A stretch of 64,000 nt of DNA from Octopus bimaculoides (GCF_001194135.2 NC_068987.1:25278240-25342239); one strand, 5' to 3'. Positions 1 through 11,866 are shown, numbered from the stretch's first letter. The notes: generated by a model not told the origin, from the letters alone. Made by a program: numbers and translations.

Positions 1-218
1 ATAGGAAATGCTGGACATGCATCTCCTTAATGTTCGTAGTCTTCGTCGTTTATTAAAAGCGGCCATATTTAATTATCAACGACCCAACTAAAAAGAAAAA
101 TGCTTGCTGTAACCTAGCAACAAAACTGTAGTAGACTACGCGGAAATTGAACGTTGCTTGTTGCTTACTTACTTGTCCGAACATGTACCAATATGGAAGT
201 GTTTATCTGACGTTTTGC

Positions 219-221
219 CTC

Positions 222-313
<92 letters not shown>

Positions 314-325
314 CCTCTCTCTATC
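219..325. repeat. (CT)n microsatellite
   Basis: Long CT dinucleotide run; explains the SLSLSL/RERERE ORFs at 147-418. Confidence 0.97.
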
Positions 326-626
326 CTTGATTTTCTTTCTTCCTCCGCCCCTCTATATCTCATCTTTTGCCATCAAGACCAGAATAGCGTCGTGATGAGG
401 TATAAAACCTCGATGTGAGGCAAGGATTTTTTTTGTTTTTCTATAAAATTTGATTTACGTTTAGTTTTTCAATTATGCTTGTTTTCTGAATGGCTGAGGT
501 TAATCAGGAATTAAAGGATTATTCTCGTCGGGACTAATAGCCTTACTAGAATATGCCTTATTGTTATAGCTGCTGTAAATTATATGTATGCGAGAGAGAA
601 AGTATGCGTACGTAAGTAAGTAAGTA

Positions 627-667
<41 letters not shown>

Positions 668-986
668 CGTATTTCCAAATCAGATTGTTCACATTGTACT
701 GATCAAACACTAATCTTGGTGTTTCTTTCATATTTCACGTACATATACGATCGTCTTCATTCAGAGCTATATGGATAAACGAAAATTAATCAGCAATTTG
801 AAAAGACTTAAATGGGAGATATTCAAATTGTTCGACCACAGAAACTATTTAGTGGTTGTTTAGCTTGTTGAGTATTCCGTTGACATTTGTCCCGTTAACA
901 TAATCCTCGTACAGATTCAGCGATTTAATGTGTGACAAGTTTAGTGTTCTGAATTATAGCTACAACTCGTAGCATAAATCCATTTT

Positions 987-1153
987 GGTGCTGCTTTAGT
1001 GTGTGGTCAGTTACACTTTAGCGTGAAGTCGTCTAACCCTGACGCAAACCTAACCCCTAAACATTAACCCCTAACCCTAATCCTAACATAGATTAGGTCA
1101 TTTCACAGCATAGATTGCAGATACTGCGGTAGACCGCACGCTAAAATAGTACC
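987..1153. mobile_element. Small TIR-bounded element (MITE-like) with degenerate telomere-like (TAACCC) interior
   Basis: Left end ggtgctgctttagtgtgtggtc matches the reverse complement of right end gaccgcacgctaaaatagtacc at 17/22. Interior has ctaaccct/ctaacccct/taaccctaa units. Subterminal hairpin tgcggt-ag-accgca near 1125-1138. Confidence 0.5.
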
Positions 1154-1301
1154 TCAGTTTTGGTAATACTGCAGACACTTGGCTAATATGTGATGGCAAT
1201 GAGGTTGATCTGCAAACCACGTCGTTGCGAAGCGGACTTCGTAACATGCCCAGGGCTAAACAAAAAGAACTGCCTTAACAATCTCAATGATTTATTATTT
1301 T

Positions 1302-1518
1302 AAGGCGGTGAGCTGGCAGAAACGTTAGCACGCTGGGTGAAATGCTTCACGGTATTTCGTCTGCCGTTACGTTCTGAGTTCAAATTCCGCCGAGGTCGAC
1401 TTTGCCTTTCATCCTCTTGGAGTCGATAAATTAAGAACCAGTTGCGTACTGGGGTCGATCTAATCGACTGGCCCCTCCCCCACAATTTCGGGCCTTGTGC
1501 CTAGAGTAGAAAAGAATA
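1302..1518 (+). mobile_element. SINE family B, full length, tail type 1
   Basis: aaggcggtgagctggcagaaacgttagc head, B-box-like gagttcaaattcc, central gtcgactttgcctttcatcc...gtcgataaattaag, tail ggccttgtgcctagagtagaaaagaata. More than 10 related copies in the window. Confidence 0.9.
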
Positions 1519-1620
1519 ATTTATTATTATTTTTTTAAATAACGTAGTAGCTATTGTTTTAAGCAACCTGGAGGTAAACCTCGGATATTATTTATTCCAT
1601 TCATAACAGTATTAATAACA

Positions 1621-1836
1621 ATTTCTACGTTAGGTACAAGGCCTGAAATTTTATGGGGAGGCGAATGCCGATTACATCGAGCCCGATGTTCAATTGGTAC
1701 TTATTTTATCAATCCGGAAGGATGAAGGGCTAAGTCGACCTCGACGGTATATGAACTCGGAACGTAAAAAGAACCCGAAGAAGTGCTGCTGAACATTTTC
1801 TCCGACTCGATAACAATTCTGCCAGCTCACCACCTT
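1621..1836 (-). mobile_element. SINE family B, diverged copy inverted relative to 1302-1518
   Basis: Reverse complement aligns by eye along the whole family B consensus (head ...gccagctcaccacctt at 1821-1836). Confidence 0.8.
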
Positions 1837-2196
1837 TACATAATAGTATTAATAACGATGTCAATGATATTTTAAACGGGTATTAAACGAGGTTACTTTA
1901 CTTAGTTTAACCCAAACCTCCTCCCTTTTATTCCAATGGTTCAGCCTCTATGAAGTGGTTTAACAGTAATTAAAGTTAGCAACCAAATATGCTTATCATC
2001 GCATCCTACCATATTAAAGATGTTGTTACATAATGAACTCCTACATAATTTAAAGACAGGATAGTCACAGCTGGAATACTTTTGATCTCATAGGTTTGGT
2101 AACTCAGGTTTAACCTGGAGCTTAATGATGACAACAACCATAACATCCATTTCAACGTATCTAAATTTAAATACGAGAGTATCATACTAATAAAAT

Positions 2197-2576
2197 GTTG
2201 GCACTCCGTCGCTTACGACGTCGAGGGTTCCAGTTGATCCGATCAACGGAACAGCCTGCTCGTGAAATTAACGTGCAAGTGGCTGAGCACTCCACAGACA
2301 CGTGTACCCTTAACGTAGTTCTCGGGGATATTCAACGTGACACAGTGTGACAAGGCTGACCCTTTGAATTACAGGCACAACAGAAACAGGAAGTAAGAGT
2401 GAGAGAAAGTTGTAGTGGAAGAGTACAGCAGGGTTTGCCACCATTCCTTCCGGAGCCTCGTGGGGCCTTAGGTGTTTTCGCTCAATAAACACTCACAACG
2501 CCCGGTCTGGGAATCGAAACCGCGATCCTATGACCGCGAGTCCGCTGCCCTAACCACTGGGCCATTGCGCCTCCAC
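2197..2576 (-). mobile_element. tRNA-derived SINE family A, full length, 12-bp TSD
   Basis: Minus strand reads GTGGAGGCGCAATGGCCCAGTGG (A box)...GGTTTCGATTCC (B box)...tail ending gacggagtgccaac. TSD tactaataaaat at 2185-2196 and 2577-2588. Confidence 0.95.
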
Positions 2577-2724
2577 TACTAATAAAATATGTTGCTCATT
2601 TTACACACACAAACACACACGTATATAAGCACACACAAATATGCGCGTGTGTGTGTTTGTGTGTACATACACCTACACACGTATACATATATTTATGTGT
2701 TTAAACGTGTGTGTACACACACAC

Positions 2725-2761
<37 letters not shown>

Positions 2762-3041
2762 TATATCTGTGTCTATGTTTCCTTTTTGCGAGTCCGTTGT
2801 TGTTGTTGTTGGTTTCCCTCCATATCTCGGTTGCCTTCCAGATCATTTATCAGTATTTCTAGCTTACGTCATTATCTAGGAACTTTCCAAGCGGTATCTA
2901 TATTGGGCCAGAACATTTCCTGGAGGAAATTCAAGAAAAAAGGAATGCAATCGCAATTTATTTTCCTCATCAACAACTATACGGAACAACATGTGCACTA
3001 TACATGTATATACTATTACGCATCTATTACATACACACAGT

Positions 3042-3395
3042 GGAGGCGCAATGGCCCAGTGGTTAGGGCAGCGGACTCGCGGTCATAGGAACGCGGTTTC
3101 GATTCCCAGACCGGGCGTTGTGAGTATTTATTGAGCGAAAACACCTAAAGCTCCACGTGGATCCGGCAGGGGATGGTGGCGAACCCTGCTGTACTCTCAC
3201 TTTTACTTCCTGTTTCTGTTGTGCCTGTAATTCAAAGAGTCAGCCTTGTCACGCTGAATATCCCCGAGAACTACGTTAAGGGTGCACGTGTCTGTGGAGT
3301 GCTCAGCCACTTGCACGTTAATTTCACGAGCAAGATGTTCCGTTGATCAGATCAACTGGAACCCTCGACGTCGTAAGCGACGGATTGCCAACAAC
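3042..3395 (+). mobile_element. SINE family A, near full length
   Basis: Same head, body and tail as 2197-2576 in opposite orientation; small internal deletions. Confidence 0.95.
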
Positions 3396-3496
3396 AAACA
3401 CACAATGTATAACAATTATTCTATGTAACCTTTATATCATACGCACTTGTTACACATATACATATTAGACTCATTTGTTTAAGAAGAAGTACACAA

Positions 3497-3696
3497 TATT
3501 CTTTTCTACTCTCGGCACAAGGCCCGAAATTTTGGGGAAGGGGACCAGTCGATTAGATCGACTCCAGAACGCAACTGATACTTAATTTATCGACCCCGAA
3601 AGGCTGAAAGGCAAAGTCGACCTCTGCGGAATTTTAACTCAGAGCATAAAGACAGACGAAATACCGTTAAGCATTTCGCCCGGCGTGTTAACGTTT
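3497..3696 (-). mobile_element. SINE family B, 5'-truncated, tail type 1
   Basis: tattcttttctactctcggcacaaggcccgaaatttt...gaccccgaaaggctgaaaggcaaagtcgacc...cccggcgtgttaacgtttc. Confidence 0.9.
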
Positions 3697-4184
3697 CTTA
3701 TTTCTTTATTGTATATGTATATTTGTGTGTATATATATGTGTATGAGTGCCAGTATACTGTGGTATATACATACAATTTCTATTTTGTGAATCGAGTTTC
3801 GTGCCACTGACGGTTGTGGATGCTCCAACGTTCCGAGATTATTATACTACATTAAGTGAATGATTGGTTAGTGACACAGCAACAGGTATTTGATGGCTCT
3901 ATGCCTTAAACTTAGCATTGTATTGCGTAACATCGAAGAGCAGGTATTCTAATATAGAAAAATGAGTATTTGCACACACACACACACAAACAAACACACA
4001 CACATATACACGAAGCACATATATATACATATACATACATACATATTTACGAACTTAAAACTGTTAATTGCTACAAAATAATTAATGATCGACAATGAGG
4101 ATTAATGAAAGAGATTGTTCAAATCCAACGACTATATATAGCATTTTGCATTTTTAAAAAAATCTGTATTCCATCAAATCTTCC

Positions 4185-4205
4185 ATGTGTGTGTGNNNNN
4201 NNNNN

Positions 4206-4267
<62 letters not shown>

Positions 4268-4285
4268 TATATATGTGTAGATATT

Positions 4286-4327
<42 letters not shown>

Positions 4328-4501
4328 CATATATGAATATATGTATCTGTGTATGTATGTATGTATATATGTATGTGTGTATGTACATATGTATGCATAT
4401 ATATATATATGAATATATGTATGTGTATATGTATGTATACATATATGTATGTATATGTAGATATGTATGTATGTATATATATGTATGTATATATGTATGG
4501 A

Positions 4502-4558
<57 letters not shown>

Positions 4559-4950
4559 CATTATTAAGCACAAGTCATGTTTTTATGTAGTGCCTCGTGT
4601 TTATATAAGCACAAGTCATGTTTCTATGTAGTGCCTTGTGTTTATATGTTAATCTTGGTTTTTCCGTTGATGATAGCTGACCTTGCAAGATATTTTATTT
4701 TGCTAAATATAGCTTGAAATCATTGGTTCGGGAAATAGATGGTAAATGTTTTTATTTTTCATTACCTTTCGGAATTATCCCTAATTGTCGTGTGGAGTTT
4801 TGACTGCTCCTTGTAGCGGGTTAGATGTCCTATTATGGACATCTCTGATGTGTTTAAATGTAGACTGTATTTAATATGTATGTATGTATATATATGCGTA
4901 AATATATATACATGTATGCATATATGTATATATATATATATATATGTATG

Positions 4951-4989
<39 letters not shown>

Positions 4990-5042
4990 GTATATATATA
5001 TATATGCATATATATATATATATACATATAAATGTATGTATG

Positions 5043-5078
<36 letters not shown>

Positions 5079-5810
5079 TGCATATATATATATACATATA
5101 AATGTATGTATGTATGTATATGTATATATATATATATATATGCATATNNNNNNNNNNNNNNNNNNNNNNNNNNNNNNNNNNNNNNNNNNNNNNNNNNNNN
5201 NNNNNNNNNNNNNNNNNNNNNNNNNNNNNNNNNNNNNNNNNNNNNNNNNNNNNNNNNNNNNNNNNNNNNNNNNNNNNNNNNNNNNNNNNNNNNNNNNNNN
5301 NNNNNNNNNNNNNNNNNNNNNNNNNNNNNNNNNNNNNNNNNNNNNNNNNNNNNNNNNNNNNNNNNNNNNNNNNNNNNNNNNNNNNNNNNNNNNNNNNNNN
5401 NNNNNNNNNNNNNNNNNNNNNNNNNNNNNNNNNNNNNNNNNNNNNNNNNNNNNNNNNNNNNNNNNNNNNNNNNNNNNNNNNNNNNNNNNNNNNNNNNNNN
5501 NNNNNNNNNNNNNNNNNNNNNNNNNNNNNNNNNNNNNNNNNNNNNNNNNNNNNNNNNNNNNNNNNNNNNNNNNNNNNNNNNNNNNNNNNNNNNNNNNNNN
5601 NNNNNNNNNNNNNNNNNNNNNNNNNNNNNNNNNNNNNNNNNNNNNNNNNNNNNNNNNNNNNNNNNNNNNNNNNNNNNNNNNNNNNNNNNNNNNNNNNNNN
5701 NNNNNNNNNNNNNNNNNNNNNNNNNNNNNNNNNNNNNNNNNNNNNNNNNNNNNNNNNNNNNNNNNNNNNNNNNNNNNNNNNNNNNNNNNNNNNNNNNNNN
5801 NNNNNNNNNN

Positions 5811-5855
<45 letters not shown>
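4185..5855. repeat. Compound (GT)n/(AT)n/(ATGT)n microsatellite fields with N-gaps
   Basis: Directly visible low-complexity runs at about 4185-4555 and 4870-5855; source of the YIYIYI ORFs. Confidence 0.95.
4566..4647. repeat. 41-bp tandem duplication (2 units)
   Basis: aagcacaagtcatgtttttatgtagtgcctcgtgtttatat (4566-4606) followed by a copy with 2 substitutions (4607-4647). Confidence 0.95.
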
Positions 5856-5864
<9 letters not shown>

Positions 5865-6609
5865 CTGCGAACGTAGGTAACGAATCACAGTTTCTTTTAC
5901 ACTCACACAGGCGCGCGCGCGAACGCGCGTGAACACACATAGATTCAAACTTATACATAATTTTCATTCACTGGTATATACTCGCTCATAAAATAAAATC
6001 CATCTTAAAATTAGCTTAATCATTAGAAGCGAGAGCACACTTAATGAATGCAATAAACATGCGCACATTCCATACTCTGTAACGGTACTTAACGCATCAC
6101 AATTCATTTCTGACTTCAAAGAATAATATCTGTATGTAATTCATTATGAAGCTAAACTTACGTCCCTTGGGATTCGTAGCTGCATATATGTGTCTATACT
6201 GGGACTTTTATGAGTGCCAGTATACTGACGCACATACATGCCATTTCTATCTTGTGAATTGAGTTCCATGCCACTGACGATTGCAAAAATTTGAAACTCA
6301 TTTCCAGACAAAGGCATTCAGTTTAGTTCTCTAAATCATCCATCGAGTTCGTTTCACAAAAGCTCAGGCCTTGAATATAATCACTCATTCTCTTGAATAT
6401 AGTCACTCTTTTTGCCGCTTATCTTTTGTTTCAATATCACCAGGCAATAAACTTGCCTTTTTCCTAAGTGGCTTGTCAGCTTTGGAGAAATCTTGAATGT
6501 TGCGATTATCTCCCATTCCCTAGCTACACTAGTCTTAATTACTCGTTCCTAATTAGGATATATTTTCTTACGCAAAATAATTTTCGTGAATTAAGAATTT
6601 ATTTTGTAT

Positions 6610-7090
6610 GGTTTTTGAAATACCTGGATTTGTTTTAAACCAAACCAAACATTAACAAAGGAGATCTACTGCGAGCAGCTTGAGCGGCTTAAGTCAGCCC
6701 TAGAAAAAAATAAAACGACCATCTTTGGTTTCAAGACGAAAAGTGTTCTTCCATCTGGATAATGCTCGGCCACATACAGTGAGGATGACATTGGAGTAGT
6801 TTGAATGGGAAACGATGCCCCTCCCACCATATTCGCTGGACATTGCTCCACCTGGTTATCGTTTATTTCGCAGTCTTCAAAGACATTTGGACGGAAATAA
6901 ATATGAATTCTGTTGACGAGATCAGAACAGTACTGGAAGAGTATTTTTCGCCACAAAAGTGAATTTTGGAAGAGAGGTCTTGCAAGTCTACCAGATAGAG
7001 GGAAGAGCATTGTAGAAAAATGAAGGAGAGCATATTTCAGTTGAAAAAAGAACTTTGTTGATCTTAATTTTGAACAATAAAAGTATAAAA
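6610..7090 (+). pseudogene. Decayed mariner (Tc1/mariner, DD34D) transposase, C-terminal half
   Basis: Manual translation across frameshifts and stops: EIYCEQLERLKSALEK..RPSLVSRRKVFFHLDNARPHTVRMTLE*FEWETMPLPPYSLDIAPPGYRLFRSLQRHLDG...EFWKRGLASLPDR. This matches the mariner HDNARPH and YSPDLAPSDYHLF motifs. Confidence 0.9.
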
Positions 7091-7110
7091 ACCGCCAATG
7101 ACCCTATATA

Positions 7111-7141
<31 letters not shown>

Positions 7142-7142
<1 letters not shown>

Positions 7143-7430
7143 GAGGCGCAATGGCTCTGTGGTTAGGAATCACAGTTTCGATTCTCAGACCGGGCGTTGT
7201 AAGTGTTTATTGAGCAAAAACACCTAAGGCTCCACGAGGTTCCAGCAGAGGGTGGTGGCGAACTCTGCTGCATTCTTTCACCACAGCTTTCTCTCACTCT
7301 TTCTTCCTGTTTCTGTTGTACCTGCATTTCAAAGGGTCAGCCTTGTCACTCACTGTGTCAAGCTGAATCTCTCAAAGAACTACGTTAAGGGTGCTCAGCC
7401 ACTTACACGTTAATTTCAGGAGCAGGCTGT
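7142..7430 (+). mobile_element. SINE family A, internally deleted and 3'-truncated
   Basis: ggaggcgcaatggctctgtgg head; body as in other family A copies; stops at agcaggctgt. Confidence 0.9.
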
Positions 7431-8646
7431 GTGCGTGTATGCATGTGTATGCATGTATGAATAAATAAATATATATATATGTATATTTATAATGTATGTA
7501 TGTTATGTTTTATTTTTAACTTATGTTTGTTTTGGATTCTGGCGTCTGACGCTCTAATGATCAGAGCTGGCTGACAGTTTTCGAATGAAATCAAGGGAGG
7601 GAATTAGAAATTCTTATGAATTCCTTTGGCATTCGATGACTTGTAACCTTGCGTATCGTGTTTCTTTGGAGCGATTATTCTTATTTGTAATTTTACTTGT
7701 TAATTGTTTTTTTCTTTCTAGTTTGTTGTTATCTTTATGGAGAATCTTTAAAAATAATACAGAAGGAGGAGGAATAAAAAAAAAAGAATATAATAAAAAC
7801 CAGGAATAAGGAAATAAAATATCCTATTAATTCTGGTCAATCGGAAGGATTGAGTCTAGAAACCAAACTATTTCTGGCATCTATTTTGTTTGTGTATGTG
7901 TTACATTGCTTGCGTTCGTGCAAATGTTCGAGTGTGCCAGCGTATATGTGTGTGTAGAAATATATGTATATGTATGTATATTATATTAAATCATGTTATA
8001 TTATATTTCTATATATAATGCATAGAGCATATTAGTCGACGATTGCTGCTTTCGGGTTAATGTTTATAAACTACCGCATTATTTGGCTCCGTTTCAAAAT
8101 AACCAAAGAGGATATGAAACAAATTATCTGGTATTTCTTTAAACACTTCTGTTAAATATAGAAAACTATGTTTGTTCGTTTGTTTGTTTTATATTGCAAA
8201 AGTTTTATTTGCATATATTCTTTTGCATAAAAATATATGAAGATATTTTCTTCGGAGTGTAGCTGTGTGTGTCTGTTTGTGTTTATGTATTTGTGTGTAT
8301 ACACATATATGGAACTAATGGTATGACACGGGAAACTGAAATTACATAACTGACTTCATTAGCTTAGAGCTGTTTGTGCAATAAAAAACAGTGCACTCAG
8401 AACTGAGTGATTATGCATCATCTTATAGCATCCTCACATCCCTGGTGAAATAATATATTTATCAATATTTAGCAGAAGCAATAGTGATTCAAGGGCCTAG
8501 AGTTTTGTGCGTTGGCTCTTTTAAAACTTTGGTAAGTTTGTTACGTACCAACTCTCGACCTTTAAGTCACACTGTTGCTTCTCCTAAATATTGATAAAGA
8601 TATAGATATACTCATAGCTTGAGTTCTATTTTTCCTGTTTGTATCA

Positions 8647-8693
<47 letters not shown>

Positions 8694-8725
8694 ATACTTT
8701 ATTAAAAAGCAGCAAAAATATCACA

Positions 8726-8771
8726 AAAACTGTTACTCAAAGTTTCACGTTCCTGTTCGTCGGACACTTTT
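8726..8771 (-). ncRNA. Second copy of the same hammerhead candidate in the inverted arm
   Basis: Minus strand aaaagtgt-CCGACGA-acaggaacgt-GAAA-ctttgagt-a-acagtttt; carries mismatches in stems I, II and III. Confidence 0.45.
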
Positions 8772-9133
8772 GTTTAGATTGGAACAAAAATAAGATTAAA
8801 AGCAAACATATACAATTAGTTTAATGGATACACACTTGAAAATGGTCTTGCTTCATTGGTCCTTTCAACTAACGGCTTTTACAATGACCAGTTGCATGCA
8901 ATGAACAGAATTCGATATAAAATCATCTTATAAAACCAAAGAAGACCTTAAATCAAAAATAGCTAAAAAAGAAGGACAGAGTCTAAATACCCAGGGTAAA
9001 TTATTATTTGTAAAATATTAATCAATTAATACCGTTAGTTGAAAGGACCAATGAAACAGAACCATTTTCAGATGTGTATCCGTTAAACTAATTGTATGTT
9101 TGTTTATAACCTTATTTTTGTTCCATTCAAAAC

Positions 9134-9179
9134 AAAACTGTCCGACGAACGGGAACGTGAAACTCTGAGTAACTGTTTT
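9134..9179 (+). ncRNA. Minimal type I hammerhead ribozyme candidate (CCGACGA core variant)
   Basis: Stem I aaaactgt(9134-41)/actgtttt(9172-79; one T-T mismatch); core CCGACGA 9142-48; stem II ACG-ggaa-CGT; GAAA 9159-62; stem III ACTC-t-GAGT; GUA triplet with predicted cleavage after 9171. Confidence 0.6.
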
Positions 9180-9294
9180 TGTGATATTTTTGCTGCTTTT
9201 TGATAAAGCGCATTACTCTACCTCTGGTATTCGAGTAGTTTTTTTTCCACCTTGTTTCGCATTTATGTACTTACTCTGGTGTATATATATATGT

Positions 9295-9490
9295 CTTTGT
9301 GTGTGTCTTTGTCCCCCGCATGCCGCTCATCAACCAACGCTGGCTTGTTTACGTTCGCATTACCTAGTGGTTCAATAAATGGGGCCGATAAAATAAGGAC
9401 CAGAATTAAAAATAAGTGCCAAGGTCAATTGTTTTGAAGAAAACATTTCATGGCCACAGACGAATGACTGAAACAAATAAATGATAAAGA
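9295..9490 (+). mobile_element. SINE family C 3' half, diverged
   Basis: tgtctttgtcccc...gtttacgttcgcattacctagtggttc...gaatgactgaaacaaataa resembles the 3' part of 14251-15004. Confidence 0.65.
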
Positions 9491-10025
9491 ACTCTCCGCT
9501 AACAGCACTTAACTACGTGTCTGACGAAGTCTACCTCCCAAGAATAAGTACAACTCACCCCGACGAACTTTTGCACACTTCACGTCTATTCAGTTACGCT
9601 GACATGGCAATGTTGAAGCCGAAGGCTTGAGCATGAAACATTCGTCCTATGTGTCGCGGTGGGAAAGTTCGGATTTGAAATCACGTGATTGTGAAGAAGT
9701 TTTCTCTAAATGTCTATATCTCCACTCATGAAATGAAGGAAAGAAATCTGAAGCAGTGTAACTAAATATTGGACTTATTTCGTATGTGTATTTCGTGTGC
9801 AAGATTTAAAATATTGGACGTTATTTTGTTTAGTACATCTACCGATTCTGCCATCTACCGCTATTCCAATTGTTGCCAATATCATTGTAAAGGCATAAAT
9901 CTTATAACTTCTAATTTCAAAAATCTTCATGTACCTATAGTGTTGTAGTTTCGACTTATTACGTGCTTATCTCTTCTATAGCACTCGTAACTATTTGTCT
10001 TAATCATACAGCCATCTGAATCGTT

Positions 10026-10068
<43 letters not shown>

Positions 10069-10366
10069 GTATATATATATATATATGTATATATATGTAT
10101 ATATATNNNNNNNNNNNNNNNNNNNNNNNNNNNNNNNNNNNNNNNNNNNNNNNNNNNNNNNNNNNNNNNNNNNNNNNNNNNNNNNNNNNNNNNNNNNNNN
10201 NNNNNNNNNNNNNNNNNNNNNNNNNNNNNNNNNNNNNNNNNNNNNNNNNNNNNNNNNNNNNNNNNNNNNNNNNNNNNNNNNNNNNNNNNNNNNNNNNNNN
10301 NNNNNNNNNNNNNNNNNNNNNNNNNNNNNNNNNNNNNNNNNNNNNNNNNNNNNNNNNNNNNNNNNN

Positions 10367-10419
<53 letters not shown>

Positions 10420-10507
10420 CATACATACAACAAACACGTTTTATTTATATATATGTATTGTATGTATGCAAGTGTATATATATGTATGTATTGTATATAT
10501 GTACGTA

Positions 10508-10657
10508 GGTTTGTGTGGTTAGAAGCTTGCTTCCCAACCACATGGTACCGAGTTTATTCCCACTTCGTGGCAACTTCAGCAAGTGTCTTCCGCTATAGCT
10601 TCGGGCTGAGGCTTTGTGAATGGATTTGGAAAACGGAAACTGGAAAGAAGCTCGTCC

Positions 10658-10660
<3 letters not shown>
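10508..10660 (+). mobile_element. SINE family C 5' half (tRNA-like head plus CORE-like segment)
   Basis: tgtgtggttagaagcttgcttcccaaccacatgg...gcaagtgtcttccgctatagc...gaaactggaaagaagctcgtc followed by (TA)n. Confidence 0.8.
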
Positions 10661-10704
<44 letters not shown>

Positions 10705-11866
10705 GTGTATATGACCACACAGACTATATATATATATATTTATTACTCATACACGCACATATTGAGTGCCTGGGTCGTTTTTACTGTCTGTACACAGCCT
10801 TCGTATACGTTGTAAATCACTATATACCCCAAGTTCATTAGTTTATTATCATATCGACGCTAACCCTGAAGTAGAACTGTTTGATATTGCTGTAGTTACC
10901 GTAGTGGTGATTTCGTTACCAACAGTTTTATACAGCTTTCTTGTTGCCGCTTTGTGTCTTTCGTTGACTTCAAGACCCATTAAATGGAATTGATATAATC
11001 TTAATGTTTCATTTCAGTATTGTATGAGCGTGGAAATAAAAACCAGATGTTTCTATAATCTAGATTTTTTTTTTGTGCATTAGATTTCGATCTATTAGAT
11101 AATTTCTGTTACCATTTTTAGTTTATCAGACTAGTACAATCAGTTTAGCAATAGTCATTTATCTCAACTGATGCTTTGTTAATTTAGGCAAAGCGAAGCG
11201 TATAAAGTGATAGAACATTTGAATGCCGTTTCTTGGATCGTATTACCAAGGTGGACTAACGTGAATTTTTAAAAGTATTTTTTAATCTTCTTTATTTTTT
11301 AACTTTTGTCTGAGAGGTAAAGAATCAACACCTATGAGCTTTTTCAGGGCCTCTGTAATAAACTAGGAGTATTGGTTTTCAACTTTTCGTAGCTCAGAGC
11401 TCATTTACACCATGCTGTAATGGTATTTTACACCCAAAGATCACATGCTCAGTTACCTTCGATAAGATAGCATTGCAGAATGTGGTTTTAGCTGCAGTAT
11501 GTCTTAGGTAAAATCGCGATGGTCATGCCTGGAATCCTTTTTTTAATTTTCTCTCTCTGTCCCCGCTCTCTCTCTCTCCCCGCTCTCTCTCTCTCTCTCT
11601 CCCCGCTCTCTCTCCCCGCTCTCTCTCCCATTCTCTNNNNNNNNNNNNNNNNNNNNNNNNNNNNNNNNNNNNNNNNNNNNNNNNNNNNNNNNNNNNNNNN
11701 NNNNNNNNNNNNNNNNNNNNNNNNNNNNNNNNNNNNNNNNNNNNNNNNNNNNNNNNNNNNNNNNNNNNNNNNNNNNNNNNNNNNNNNNNNNNNNNNNNNN
11801 NNNNNNNNNNNNNNNNNNNNNNNNNNNNNNNNNNNNNNNNNNNNNNNNNNNNNNNNNNNNNNNNNN

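Larger units (their letters stand above)
8697..9285 (+). mobile_element. Penelope-like fold-back element: about 178-bp inverted arms, probable GIY-YIG C-terminal remnant, hammerhead in each arm
   Basis: 8697-8875 is the reverse complement of 9032-9208. Spacer 8911-9021 translates FDIKSSYKTKEDLKSKIAKKEGQSLNTQGKLLFVKY*, resembling the P/S-LNxQ end of Penelope endonucleases. The right arm continues into a unique tail to about 9285 that is shared with 38530-38565. Confidence 0.7.

Noticed and set aside
388-420. gtgatgaggt-ataaa-acctcgatg hammerhead-like hairpin
   Set aside because: Both core segments are mutated (GTGATGA, GATG) and stems I and III are absent.
2500-2576. tRNA-like heads of family A SINEs as real tRNA genes
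   Set aside because: A and B boxes are present but there is no complete cloverleaf or acceptor stem; they continue into SINE bodies bounded by TSDs.
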